IMG/VR virus record: IMGVR_UViG_3300020577_008610
Span: 96,001 to 160,000 of that record
From: a virus
Lineage: Duplodnaviria > Caudoviricetes
DNA: 64,000 nucleotides
Reading direction: 5' to 3' (one strand)
The translations under genes were made by a program, and so were the position numbers. The notes beneath the pieces were generated by a model that was given only the letters and a program-made list of their open reading frames with translations, did not search any database and was not told where the DNA came from. Positions 29,732-39,073 of this stretch are shown here, piece after piece (positions within the stretch are counted from its first letter, which is position 1; the number at the start of each line of letters is the position of its first letter).

Positions 29732-30216
29732 AGCAGAGCATCCAAGATAAGCTCAACGAAATCAACGAAGCCCGTCAGAACTACAAGGCCCTCATGCAAA
29801 AGCATGGGGCTGCTCTGGTTCAGGAGATGGCCAACGACATCTTCGATGCCTTCCCGGTCGTTCGAGCCATTCAGTGGACACAGTACACTCCGTATTTCAA
29901 TGACGGAGATCCCTGCTACTTCAGTGTCAACGAAGCCCGGATCGCACTGAACGAAGACTTCATGGAGAGTCTGCAAGCCTCAGAAAAGCAGTGCCTCTAC
30001 GAATGCCGTGATGATTTCATGGAGTTTTCCTATCGTCTTGACGACCACCCGGACTCTCCGACCGCCAAGGTGTTGAAGAAGATCAAGAAAGCCCTGGGAG
30101 AATTCCAGGGTGTCCTGAACGACCTCTCGGAAGCCATGGAGGAAGCCTTCGGGGACCACCAGCAAATCACCATCACTCGGGATGGGGTTGAATCCGAAGA
30201 GTATAGCCACGACTAA
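29728..30216 (+). CDS. Conserved hypothetical protein
   Basis: WTQYTPYFNDGDPC..FGDH..EEYSHD. Confidence 0.75.
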   Translation: MKQSIQDKLNEINEARQNYKALMQKHGAALVQEMANDIFDAFPVVRAIQWTQYTPYFNDGDPCYFSVNEARIALNEDFMESLQASEKQCLYECRDDFMEFSYRLDDHPDSPTAKVLKKIKKALGEFQGVLNDLSEAMEEAFGDHQQITITRDGVESEEYSHD

Positions 30217-30253
30217 GGGTCAACAGAACTTTAGAGCAAGAGGAGAGCCGCAG

Positions 30254-30877
30254 ATGAAGCCGTTGCAGCATGCCAAGATCAGTGCCAAGAAGCATGGCGG
30301 TAAGTGGGAGGACTACATCGACATCCATGAGTTCTTCGACCAGACCAAGGCACACATCCCGGACATGAGGCACCGTGCCATCCTGCATAACTCCCTGGGC
30401 ATCTACATTGCCCAGCAAGTGTTCGGTGAGGTTCGGACCAACAGTGCTGGTCGGGAATACTCCGTTCGGGACATTGGGGAAGACCACGTTTTGGAGGACT
30501 TGGGAACCATTCCTTCCATGGCTTCCATCATCGAATGCATTGATACCAAACATTTGAAATGGCTCGGCGGCTTACCCAAGAACAAGCGAACCTTGGTTAG
30601 CAAGATACCCCGCAAGAAGTCCGATGAGCCACCAGAGGAGATCATCCACGAAGGGGCCTGTACGGCCTGCGGACTGGAAGATGGCCGCCACACCCAGGAG
30701 TGCCCCGAGAAGGGCAAGGAAAGGACGCTGGAGGTCAAGGAAGGGTTGGTTGATGGGAAGTGTGAAGACTGTCCAGATTTGAAGAGAGTTGAAGAGGCTC
30801 CACACTCTGGACTCTCGGGCAGGGACATGGTAGTAGATGGAGCGGCTTCTTTCCGAAGCGCATTGATGAGGGACTAA
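30254..30877 (+). CDS. DUF6915-like His-rich protein
   Basis: HAKISAKKHGG..DY..IH.FFD.TK..DMRHRA.LH..GEDHV.EDLG.IP. Confidence 0.7.
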   Translation: MKPLQHAKISAKKHGGKWEDYIDIHEFFDQTKAHIPDMRHRAILHNSLGIYIAQQVFGEVRTNSAGREYSVRDIGEDHVLEDLGTIPSMASIIECIDTKHLKWLGGLPKNKRTLVSKIPRKKSDEPPEEIIHEGACTACGLEDGRHTQECPEKGKERTLEVKEGLVDGKCEDCPDLKRVEEAPHSGLSGRDMVVDGAASFRSALMRD

Positions 30878-30898
30878 CGCCCCAAAAGGACTAAGATA

Positions 30899-31246
30899 AT
30901 GGCACACCGGATTCACATTCCAACCGTAGGAGACAAATTGGTTCTTGCAGAACCATGGACCTTTACCCTGCATTATGAGTACCGAAACAAGAAGTTGTTC
31001 CAGATGGCAATTCCGGTCAAAGACCGGGAAGGCGGCGGATACGGCAAGTTGGGTAATTCTTTGCAACTAACATTCCCGACAGGCTGGGAACTGAAGGTTA
31101 CTCGGGTATACATCCGGCAAGGACGGCCGGGATATGATTCCATTAGCTTTATGTGCCCCTACAATGGGAAGAATGTAAGGTTTTGGGTCAAACTACAAGA
31201 TGTCAACAAGATGATCGTGGTGGAGGAGAGTGAGCATGACGATTGA
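30899..31246 (+). CDS. Conserved jumbo-phage hypothetical protein
   Basis: WTFTLHYEYRN..RVYIRQG..YDSISF..RFWVKL.D.N. Confidence 0.7.
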   Translation: MAHRIHIPTVGDKLVLAEPWTFTLHYEYRNKKLFQMAIPVKDREGGGYGKLGNSLQLTFPTGWELKVTRVYIRQGRPGYDSISFMCPYNGKNVRFWVKLQDVNKMIVVEESEHDD

Positions 31247-31628
31247 ACTCACCGAAGAAGAGAAGGCTATGACTCTGGAGGAGTTTGAGGATCAGCAAGA
31301 GAAGATAGACCGTCCGCCGGATATCCAGGATGAGAATAGAAATTGGGTCTGTGGTGAGTGCAAGGATCGGCACCTGGATTCTTGTAAGATTTACCAGCAT
31401 TTCCGAAGATGGTATGAAAAGCTGACTCAGGAGAACGAGAAGGCTCAAAATCAGCCACGCCCTGAGTGGATGTGTTCGGGATGTGACGAACCCAAGGAAG
31501 GGCCTCATCGATTCTCCTGTTATGCGAGTGAAACCAAAGCAAATCAACTGACGGTTTCGGCAACTCAGAAAGAGGATGGGACGTTTATGACCCATCTTTC
31601 AGGGACAGACCTATCTTTAAAAGGGTGA
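31230..31628 (+). CDS. Cys-rich hypothetical protein
   Basis: Two CxxC..H..C units. Confidence 0.6.
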   Translation: MSMTIELTEEEKAMTLEEFEDQQEKIDRPPDIQDENRNWVCGECKDRHLDSCKIYQHFRRWYEKLTQENEKAQNQPRPEWMCSGCDEPKEGPHRFSCYASETKANQLTVSATQKEDGTFMTHLSGTDLSLKG

Positions 31629-32233
31629 GCTATACCACCCTTCAAACCAAACTGGCAAAGCTAAAGAATGGGGACCGACTTCCCCTAGACATGCTACGAG
31701 AGCTTGCTGACTGTAACCCTCATTGGTCTTTTTATAAAGGGAAACAGCAATTCAAGCTGGCGGATCATATTTCCCTTGTCTCTGAGTTCAGATTTCGGAG
31801 GTGGACCGAGAGCACCCAGAAGACAGATGGCTCGTGGAACTTCCATGAGGCCAAGGGGAACCTGACGTTCAAGGATGGCACCAAAGCTACCGTTCACTTC
31901 GACCAATCCAGCTTTTACAAGATGGACGTTTTGGGTTCCAGATACAGGAGCACTTATTTCAGTCTTTTGAAGCCTGGAAAGTTGGCTATTGTGGCCGAAG
32001 AAGTTATTTCGTTGTTGACCGAACACGAAATGATTATGGATGGAATCGACAGTCACCAACAGAATCGCCTTCAGGTTTCAGAAGGGACACCGGTTATGGT
32101 ATTGAAGACGTTGATGTTCGACTCCATCCCCTTGGTGAAAGTTCTGTGCGGTGAAGAAATCAGGTGGACGTATGGAGTTCTATATGACAAGGACACCTTT
32201 GATGCAAACGACAACGACAACCATTGGCTCTGA
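31625..32233 (+). CDS. Hypothetical protein with C-terminal SH3-like domain
   Basis: LKPGKL..VSEGTPVMVL..VKVLCGEEIRW. Confidence 0.6.
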   Translation: MSYTTLQTKLAKLKNGDRLPLDMLRELADCNPHWSFYKGKQQFKLADHISLVSEFRFRRWTESTQKTDGSWNFHEAKGNLTFKDGTKATVHFDQSSFYKMDVLGSRYRSTYFSLLKPGKLAIVAEEVISLLTEHEMIMDGIDSHQQNRLQVSEGTPVMVLKTLMFDSIPLVKVLCGEEIRWTYGVLYDKDTFDANDNDNHWL

Positions 32234-32525
32234 AACTAAAAAAGAAGCCGCTCTCAATGAGCTGAAATCAGGGAAGTGGTACAAGATTCGAGGCCCGAAG
32301 AACACGTTGCTCCTGTTCAAAGAACCGAACATACAAGCCAAAACTGTTGGAGCCTTGAAAGACACCCAAATTTTCATGGTGATCCAAACTGGTGAAACTC
32401 ATGCTGCCCTGGAACAAGACAGTCTGAAGAACCGGAAGTGGGTCTACCTGGGAGTTGGCGAGCAATTTGGCTATGTCAGCTTCAGTGCATTAACAATGTT
32501 CGACGAAGTGACTCCGGAGACCTGA
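32202..32525 (+). CDS. SH3-like family protein
   Basis: LKSGKWY..LFKEPNIQAKTVGAL..WVYLGVGEQFGYV. Confidence 0.7.
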   Translation: MQTTTTTIGSETKKEAALNELKSGKWYKIRGPKNTLLLFKEPNIQAKTVGALKDTQIFMVIQTGETHAALEQDSLKNRKWVYLGVGEQFGYVSFSALTMFDEVTPET

Positions 32526-32566
32526 GCCCCAGGGAGCCTATCTACCTTCAGGTGCAGGAGGCTCTC

Positions 32567-33190
32567 ATGACTGTTATTATGGCCCTGAAACGTAACGGAC
32601 AGGTTTGGCTTGGCGCAGATACACGAATCACTGATGGTGATTATGGAATCGACTATCAAGTGAGCGAACACGAAGATTTCCATCATTCCCTGGAAATGGA
32701 CTCAAAGTTAGTTCTACTGGATCATGCTATCATCGGATGTGCTGGGGATGTCACCATGCGGAATTACCTGGAGTTATTTGTCTCTAGAAACAAGAACAAA
32801 ACTCTTCCTTTCGACCACAAGCTTCATGTGATCGAATTCTTCATTGTCTTCAAGAAGTTCCTGAAAAAAGAAGCAGGACTTGGCGACTCTGGCTCTAATG
32901 AAGTTCAGGGCATACACAACACCTCTTGGCTGGTTGCCACTCCAGAACGCATCTTCACAGTTGACTATGACGGAGCCGTTCTGGAATATCCTGTTATGTG
33001 CGCGGTTGGTAGTGGCACATACAGTGCAAGAGCTGCCCTGGAATATATGTTGGAATATCAGCCAAAGATTCTGCCCACCAAAATGCTGGAAAGAGCCCAT
33101 GAGATTGTTGTCAGGCACAACCTGACCTGTGGCGGCAACCAAATCCAGATAAACGTAACGAAGGCACTTGGCTCTGTTGAAACTGAGTAA
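32567..33190 (+). CDS. HslV/proteasome-like Ntn protease
   Basis: M-T start (Thr1 nucleophile), GADTRIT, SKL, GCAG, AVGSG. Confidence 0.8.
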   Translation: MTVIMALKRNGQVWLGADTRITDGDYGIDYQVSEHEDFHHSLEMDSKLVLLDHAIIGCAGDVTMRNYLELFVSRNKNKTLPFDHKLHVIEFFIVFKKFLKKEAGLGDSGSNEVQGIHNTSWLVATPERIFTVDYDGAVLEYPVMCAVGSGTYSARAALEYMLEYQPKILPTKMLERAHEIVVRHNLTCGGNQIQINVTKALGSVETE

Positions 33191-33231
33191 TGGGGGTGGA
33201 TTTCTGTTATTTGGTGTGCTACCATACTCGT

Positions 33232-34035
33232 ATGGGTCGCGTAATTTGCATCACAGATGTGCATGGGTGCTACGATGAATTTATGCTTCTGCTGGAAAAA
33301 GCAAAGTATTCTGAGGGAGTAGACCGGCTAGTTTTGGCCGGAGACCTTGTAGATCGTGGGCCGGCTTCTGCCAAGGTGGTCCAGTGGACTAGGCTGGCTA
33401 TGGCCAAGCACCCTGGGCTTGTTGAGTGCGTGATGGGCAACCATGATGAAAAGCATTTCCGTTACTGGAAGCATGTCCTAAAAAAAAGAGAACATTCTAA
33501 CTATAAGATCCCCATGCGACCCTTTAGCATGGACAAACTTCAGGTTTTCAACTCCTTTGAGGATGAAGATCTGGAGTTTATCGGTCAGTTGCCAGCTTTC
33601 ATTTCCCTCCAGGAAGACCGAGAGGGTTGGTTGGTAGTGCACGCTGGCTTGGAGCCTGGAAAGGATTTGAAAGACCAGGACGTGGGTAAAATGACCCATA
33701 TTCGATTCTTGCACCAAGAGACACGTAAAACGGTTTCTTTGGATGATAACCACCAGCCTCCGGCTGGCTCTGTGTACTGGACGGAAGTGTACGACCTCCC
33801 TTACAGTGTGGTTTATGGCCACACTGTCCATAGCTTTACCAAACCGGAAGTAACAAGGAAGGCTCACGGTCCGACACTTGTGGGTCTTGACACAGGAGTC
33901 TGCTTTGGTGGTCGCCTTTCAGCGTTTTTCATTCCGGAACATGGAGAAAAAGTAGGGCCTGAACATTTTGTACAGGTCCAAGCCAGCAAAGCCTACTCTA
34001 GGAGTCTTCTTCAGAATGTCAAATGGGATGAGTAA
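33232..34035 (+). CDS. Ser/Thr phosphatase-type metallophosphoesterase (PrpA/ApaH-like)
   Basis: DVHG, GDLVDRG, GNHD, VHAG, GHT, LDTG. Confidence 0.9.
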   Translation: MGRVICITDVHGCYDEFMLLLEKAKYSEGVDRLVLAGDLVDRGPASAKVVQWTRLAMAKHPGLVECVMGNHDEKHFRYWKHVLKKREHSNYKIPMRPFSMDKLQVFNSFEDEDLEFIGQLPAFISLQEDREGWLVVHAGLEPGKDLKDQDVGKMTHIRFLHQETRKTVSLDDNHQPPAGSVYWTEVYDLPYSVVYGHTVHSFTKPEVTRKAHGPTLVGLDTGVCFGGRLSAFFIPEHGEKVGPEHFVQVQASKAYSRSLLQNVKWDE

Positions 34036-34038
34036 GCC

Positions 34039-34302
34039 ATGCCTGTAACTCCCGCACAAGCCCGGAAATTCTACAAAGAACGAGAGGAATTGCTGGAAAA
34101 AATTGACGAAGCCATTCTCGCAGCTTACACTAAGAGCATTCCTGCGAAGATAGAAGTTGTCATCTCGAAAGAGCATTACAAAAACGAACTTTTGGCAGAG
34201 TGGCTGATGAATCAATACGAGGAAGCGGGTTGGAAGACTTATTTCGACAGACATTCTGGCGAAGAGGTATTCTTGTTTGTTCTCACGGAAGCAACAAAAT
34301 GA
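34039..34302 (+). CDS. Hypothetical protein (paralog of 55679-56056)
   Basis: EKIDEAI..QYEEAGW. Confidence 0.65.
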   Translation: MPVTPAQARKFYKEREELLEKIDEAILAAYTKSIPAKIEVVISKEHYKNELLAEWLMNQYEEAGWKTYFDRHSGEEVFLFVLTEATK

Positions 34303-34605
34303 GCATCAAGGCTGTCAACTGCGACTCTATGAAAGGCTACATTTTTTAATGAACGAATGGCTCGAAAAGTCTGTGAGTTCATCGGAGCACACGAGAGCAA
34401 TGGAGAGAGTAACGACCTTTTTGTGGTCAATTACCACATGGGGGTCTCTCGGAGTTGTGCTGTATCTGATTTTGTACGGTCTGTATGCGGCATCGACTAT
34501 AGGTTCCGGAAGCGGATGAACCCACAGAACAATTTGAGCCTTTTGGTCAAGGCCCTGCTTAGGGCAGCCTGGGAAGAGTTTGACAAAGAAGGATTTGAGG
34601 CATGA
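34299..34605 (+). pseudogene. Degraded Cys-dependent (PTP-like) phosphatase
   Basis: Frameshift in T6 at 34342-34347; P-loop reads VNYHMGVSRS (Cys to Tyr). Confidence 0.55.
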
Positions 34606-34808
34606 AACAAGATACGATTGAGAGTCTGGCCCTGGAATTGGCACAAGCGGCCGGAGAGTCAGATTGGAGAGGCCCTGGAATCCAAAGGGACATTGATTCA
34701 GTCAGCCATGGTTGGATCCGATGGTCCAGTGTCGTTGGATGGCCTCGTGAACTGGCAGAACGAATCGACCGATTCATCACAGAACAAAGGTCTCATCGGG
34801 GCAAGTAG
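34602..34808 (+). CDS. Hypothetical protein
   Basis: ATGA overlap, GAGG RBS. Confidence 0.5.
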   Translation: MKQDTIESLALELAQAAGESDWRGPGIQRDIDSVSHGWIRWSSVVGWPRELAERIDRFITEQRSHRGK

Positions 34809-34873
34809 TGCTTTCTTCAGTCCGATAGCACGAAGTGGATAAAGGCTTCCGCAGAAGGGATGTTTTGTATGGC

Positions 34874-35311
34874 CTAGCTAATCGGATTGTTTCCGAAGTT
34901 TCCTACCACGATGAAGTGGATTCCATCGCTCTTCAGGATGGCAGAAGCACCAACCGTAGCAGCGAAAGTAAGCTTGGCGCCAGCAACCGAGCCAGAGACC
35001 AAGGCAGTTGTTCCTGCGGTTTCCTGGGAGCTGGTAACAATGTGAGCCGAGGCCGAACCAACCCTGAACACAAACTCAGCTCCGGGACAAGAAGCAGCCG
35101 TTGGCAGAACCACGGTCTGAACTCCAGAGCCAGAGATGATATTCACTCCACCGTCACCTGCGGTGAGGGTAGAAGATCCAATGGTTGGAACCCCGTCAAC
35201 AGGGAATGGCGCAAAGCCCCGGTTGGCAGTGGTGCGTTCGATGGAAACTCCAGTTTCATCTTTGTAGGTAACTGGACCCAAAGCAGAGTCGATACGAGTT
35301 TTAAGTGGCAT
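34874..35311 (-). CDS. Probable virion structural/decoration protein
   Basis: Gly/Ala/Thr-rich beta protein, LPTAASCPG..LKSDG; TATTTA motif. Confidence 0.6.
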   Translation of the reverse strand: MPLKTRIDSALGPVTYKDETGVSIERTTANRGFAPFPVDGVPTIGSSTLTAGDGGVNIISGSGVQTVVLPTAASCPGAEFVFRVGSASAHIVTSSQETAGTTALVSGSVAGAKLTFAATVGASAILKSDGIHFIVVGNFGNNPIS

Positions 35312-35488
35312 GATGATCCCCCTTGAAGGTGCCAATAAATAGGATAATCGGGATCAATCATTCTGCCAAAATCGGCTTGCTTCAGTTGAGCCTGAAAGGT
35401 ATCTAGGGTTTTGCCTTCTGGACTGTACTTTCTGACTATTATAAGGAAAAGGACAGCGGCTAGGAGCCTCTTTTCCTAATTAAGCAGC

Positions 35489-36337
35489 ATGGACCCAAGC
35501 AATCTTCTGAAAGAATACATCAATGCCATCCTGGATTCCAGGGAAGAAGACTTCCAAAAGATTCAGGCAGCCAACGAGAGCTACGATGCTATCCTGGGCT
35601 ATATCAGTAGGCTTGACAGAAACCCAAAGGCTTTTGCTCGCGTTTTCCAGGTCAATGACCAGGGTTTCTTTACAGGTTTTGCTTTGGGAGCCAGAGTGAG
35701 ACGAGAAGAACACCTTCAATTGGCTGTGTTCTTCATGGACAGGGGGCTAGCTGGCATCAAAAGTAAAGTAAATGCCCAGGCTTCTCGAATCCGTGTGAGG
35801 CCGATGAGCACCACAGCAGCAGCCATCAAGGGCTATCAGATTAGGATCTACTTTGATGCCCCAGAAGAAGCCAGAACGAGCCCCAAAGCCTACAACAAGT
35901 GGCTTGCAGCCAACCTGGAAGACTTGCTGACGAACGACGGCACAAGGTCTTCTTACGTTCACGAATTCACTCACGTCCAAGATTTTAAGCGAATGGACCC
36001 TAGGTTTCTTCTTCGGAGAGGGCAGCAAAAGCAAGCCGAAAAAGAGAGACAGCAGCAAGCAGGTGAGAAGTCAAGAGACTTTGGAGCCTATGCCAACGAC
36101 CCCCTGGAGTTGAATGCCTACTTCTTTCAGGCCATGTCGGATGTGCAAACCCAACTCAGGAATGTAAAAACTCCCGAGGAGAAAAGAGCTATCATCGGCT
36201 CCTCCCCGCAAGAGTTCGTTGACAAGTTTATGGGAACCTACCTCAAGAAACAGGTCAGGAAAAATATCGACTCCGAGAACTGGAAAAGGCTTGCCAAGAG
36301 GGCTGCTACTTCTTGGGAACTACTTATTGGAGTGTAA
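35489..36337 (+). CDS. Zincin-like (HExxH) protein, probably virion-packaged
   Basis: VHEFTH..ELNAY; N-terminal LLKEYI; TAATTA motif. Confidence 0.6.
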   Translation: MDPSNLLKEYINAILDSREEDFQKIQAANESYDAILGYISRLDRNPKAFARVFQVNDQGFFTGFALGARVRREEHLQLAVFFMDRGLAGIKSKVNAQASRIRVRPMSTTAAAIKGYQIRIYFDAPEEARTSPKAYNKWLAANLEDLLTNDGTRSSYVHEFTHVQDFKRMDPRFLLRRGQQKQAEKERQQQAGEKSRDFGAYANDPLELNAYFFQAMSDVQTQLRNVKTPEEKRAIIGSSPQEFVDKFMGTYLKKQVRKNIDSENWKRLAKRAATSWELLIGV

Positions 36338-36339
36338 TC

Positions 36340-36999
36340 ATGAAGAAATCCGAACTTGCTACCTTGGTTCGTGAAGCTGTCCTAGCTGGTATTGAAGAAG
36401 CCAATTATCCCGAGGGGTTCAACGTGGAGGAATTTAAGGCTCTTCCTTCGTTTGCGGCTCGGATGAAATACGTCAAAGCAAGACTTCCCAAGGTTGCTCA
36501 GGGAAGTGCAAGGGCCGTCTTTATCGTGGATGATGCTACTGTCCTGAAGGTTGCCATGAATGAGAAGGGGAAGGCCCAGAATGACGTTGAAGCTGATGTT
36601 GGCAGGCAAGGCGGCTACCCTGTTGCCCAGGTCTTTGAGGTAGGAGACGGAGGAGTTTGGGTTGAGATGGAAAAAGCCACCAAGGCCACTCCCAAACTCT
36701 TCAAACAGCTTGCCGGGGTGGACATCAAGACCTTTGAACAGGTTGTCCGGTATTACGACATGGACATCAAAGGTAGAACGGGCTACATGTCCAGACCACA
36801 AGGCTACGATGACTTGGTGTCAGGTGACAATGAGCTGATCAATGATGTCCTTTCCTTGATGGCGGACTATGACATGCCTGGAGGAGATATTGGGCGTATT
36901 TCTTCCTGGGGGGTTGTCAACCGAGGAGGGCAGCAAAAGCTTGTCCTTATCGATTTCGGACTAACCAACGCTGTCTGGAGAGACTATTACGCCAAGTAA
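36340..36999 (+). CDS. Protein-kinase-like fold protein
   Basis: QGSARAVF, VLKVA, QNDVE, VEMEKA, GDIGR, LIDFGL. Confidence 0.6.
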   Translation: MKKSELATLVREAVLAGIEEANYPEGFNVEEFKALPSFAARMKYVKARLPKVAQGSARAVFIVDDATVLKVAMNEKGKAQNDVEADVGRQGGYPVAQVFEVGDGGVWVEMEKATKATPKLFKQLAGVDIKTFEQVVRYYDMDIKGRTGYMSRPQGYDDLVSGDNELINDVLSLMADYDMPGGDIGRISSWGVVNRGGQQKLVLIDFGLTNAVWRDYYAK

Positions 37000-37029
37000 A
37001 AGGGCAGTTTTCAGTGATACCCAGCACCC

Positions 37030-37240
37030 TTCGAGAAGTCGAGAGTCCCACAGATGGGAGATTGTCCTACTGGAAACACTGGCTAAGAAGCTCTGGGTGT
37101 GCACACCCCGTGGTCTTATAGATTTGCGACCCAGGATTTAGAGCAAGATTGTCTTCTGGCCAATTTCTTAATGTTGCGGGGGTGATTACCGCAGTCTCAA
37201 CTTCTCCAAGACCTTCCATTATACAGTGTATAATGGAGTA
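37030..37240 (-). ncRNA. Structured RNA downstream of the DUF6847-like gene
   Basis: 12-bp closing helix 37033-37044/37195-37206 enclosing several hairpins. Confidence 0.5.
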
Positions 37241-37246
37241 AATCTG

Positions 37247-37753
37247 TTACTCAAAGTCCTCGGAGTTAAGGTCTTCAAGGTCAACCTCTGTCTGGTTGCC
37301 ACGGTTGATGGCAGCACGGAGGGACTCAGCGTACCCTGTGGCCTTCACGGCCAGTTCCACTGCTTCCTTGATCGGAACGGTACGAACCGAGGATACCTCA
37401 TCGGCAGAACGAGAACGGTTCCGGTAAGGGTTGGCATCCTCCATGGAGGCTTTCCTCCACAGAGCTTCCACTCGGCCAGCTCCTCCCACACGCTTGACAG
37501 CTTCAGTGAGAGTCATGACCTTGCTTCCAGCCTTCACAGTCACCTGGAGGTTGTACCGAGCTTGACCAACCTGGAGACGCGCGATGGCATCTTCTGCCCG
37601 GTTCATCTCAGCCACCAGTTCTTGAGGCTTCGCCTTGGCCTCCTCACGTCCTGGGAAGACATGCAGGGAGCCATCGAACTGCTTGTGTGCCGCTTCGAGA
37701 CGCAGTGCCCACCGACGGAGGGCATCACGGAACATTCCACCGTTTACCTTCAT
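37247..37753 (-). CDS. DIP1984/DUF6847-like helical protein
   Basis: LQ..QARYNLQVTV..MTLTEAV..LRAAINRGN. Confidence 0.6.
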   Translation of the reverse strand: MKVNGGMFRDALRRWALRLEAAHKQFDGSLHVFPGREEAKAKPQELVAEMNRAEDAIARLQVGQARYNLQVTVKAGSKVMTLTEAVKRVGGAGRVEALWRKASMEDANPYRNRSRSADEVSSVRTVPIKEAVELAVKATGYAESLRAAINRGNQTEVDLEDLNSEDFE

Positions 37754-37817
37754 AACAACCTTTCAGGTTTCAAAAAACCAAGATCCTAACTATGTTGTCC
37801 GGAACCAAACTTCCAGG

Positions 37818-38390
37818 CTAGATGCTGGCTCGGGTGAAGGATTTCACTTCAACCTTCTCACCGCATTTGGCTGAGAATGCCTTGATGGCCTGTCCAACCG
37901 TCTGCTTGGAATCTAGCACAAACGGCTGCTCGGTCAAGACCTTTTCGGAGAAAACTTTCTGCATCTTGCCCTGGAAGGCTTTCTCCAGCTTCTCGCCCGT
38001 CATTCCACGCTTCTCCAGGTCGGAACGAGCAATCTCCTGCTCCGTGAGCAAGTCCTCGTCATCCATGTCTGCCACCGTCCTGGCAATCGGGTTGGAAGCC
38101 ATCACGTGCATGGCGATGTTGTTGGCAAGCTCCTGGAACTCCGGGGTCCGAGCAACGAAGTCCGTCTCACAGGCAAGCACTACCATCACACCCACACTCT
38201 TGTCGTGGTGGATGTAGGAGCCAACCACGCCAGCTTTGGCCGACCTTCCAGTGAAGCTGTCAGCCTTTGCCTCGCCCTTCTTCCGAAGGATCACCGTGGC
38301 CTTCTCAACGTCTCCATTCGCTTCCTTGAGGGCGGAAACGCATGCAGACATACCGGCACCAGTTCTGGCTCTGAGTTCTTGGATAGACAT
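37818..38390 (-). CDS. tsf: Elongation factor Ts (short form)
   Basis: ELRARTGAGMSAC..AL, LACETDFVAR, IAMHV, LTEQPFV; true start 38390 because upstream is a tRNA. Confidence 0.93.
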   Translation of the reverse strand: MSIQELRARTGAGMSACVSALKEANGDVEKATVILRKKGEAKADSFTGRSAKAGVVGSYIHHDKSVGVMVVLACETDFVARTPEFQELANNIAMHVMASNPIARTVADMDDEDLLTEQEIARSDLEKRGMTGEKLEKAFQGKMQKVFSEKVLTEQPFVLDSKQTVGQAIKAFSAKCGEKVEVKSFTRASI

Positions 38391-38403
38391 GGCTATTCCT
38401 TTG

Positions 38404-38491
38404 CGGATCCAGGAGGGATCGAACCTCCGCAACGTTCTTCACGTTGGCCTCCACTTTCCAGGCGGGCACGTTTCCACTCCGTCATGGATCC
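38404..38491 (-). tRNA. tRNA-Ser(GGA)
   Basis: Cloverleaf, long variable arm, G73. Confidence 0.88.
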
Positions 38492-38508
38492 AGGGACGCT
38501 TAACTATG

Positions 38509-38961
38509 TCACAGCTCGTAGACGATGAATCGGGCGTCCGTGTTTTTCTCCAGGACATCCAGGATAACCTCTACGTCGTCCCAGTCAAGTCCTCCGATGC
38601 CACAACCGATCTTAGGCATGGCAATCACGGGGAGACTTGGCCCGAAGGTCTGAATGGCACTCCGGAGGGATTGGTCGATCCACTCCAGCCGAGCGTATGG
38701 GCCTGGACGGTCCTGGGTGGCAAGGTTGAGGATGTACCGTTTTTCGACCCTTCCGGCGTAGTTCTTGCCTTTCCAGACGAAGGCATCTCCGGGGGAGAAA
38801 TCCTTGTGCTGGCACTTGAACTTGTACCACTCGAACATCTCGGGGTACCGGTCCTTGAATTGCTTGGCAATCCCAGCACCCATCACCCCGAAGGTGTTGC
38901 ACCCATGGGCAAGGGCAACACCGTCCTCGGCATTGAAAAGGTTGCCCTTGCGCTTGTCCAT
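38509..38961 (-). CDS. Macrodomain (DarG/TARG1-like ADP-ribosyl hydrolase)
   Basis: GNLF, HGCN..GVMGAGIAKQF, MPKIGCGIGGLDW. Confidence 0.9.
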   Translation of the reverse strand: MDKRKGNLFNAEDGVALAHGCNTFGVMGAGIAKQFKDRYPEMFEWYKFKCQHKDFSPGDAFVWKGKNYAGRVEKRYILNLATQDRPGPYARLEWIDQSLRSAIQTFGPSLPVIAMPKIGCGIGGLDWDDVEVILDVLEKNTDARFIVYEL

Positions 38962-39073
38962 GGTCTGTTACTCCCTGGCTTGGAGCTGCCCTTCAGCAAT
39001 CATCTGAAGGGTAGCGTAGTAGATTTCCCGGCGTACAGCCTTCGGAAGACGAAGGTACTGACGTCGTTCAGTT

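Noticed and set aside
38391-38432. N-terminal extension of EF-Ts in the ORF track
   Set aside because: Overlaps tRNA-Ser(GGA)
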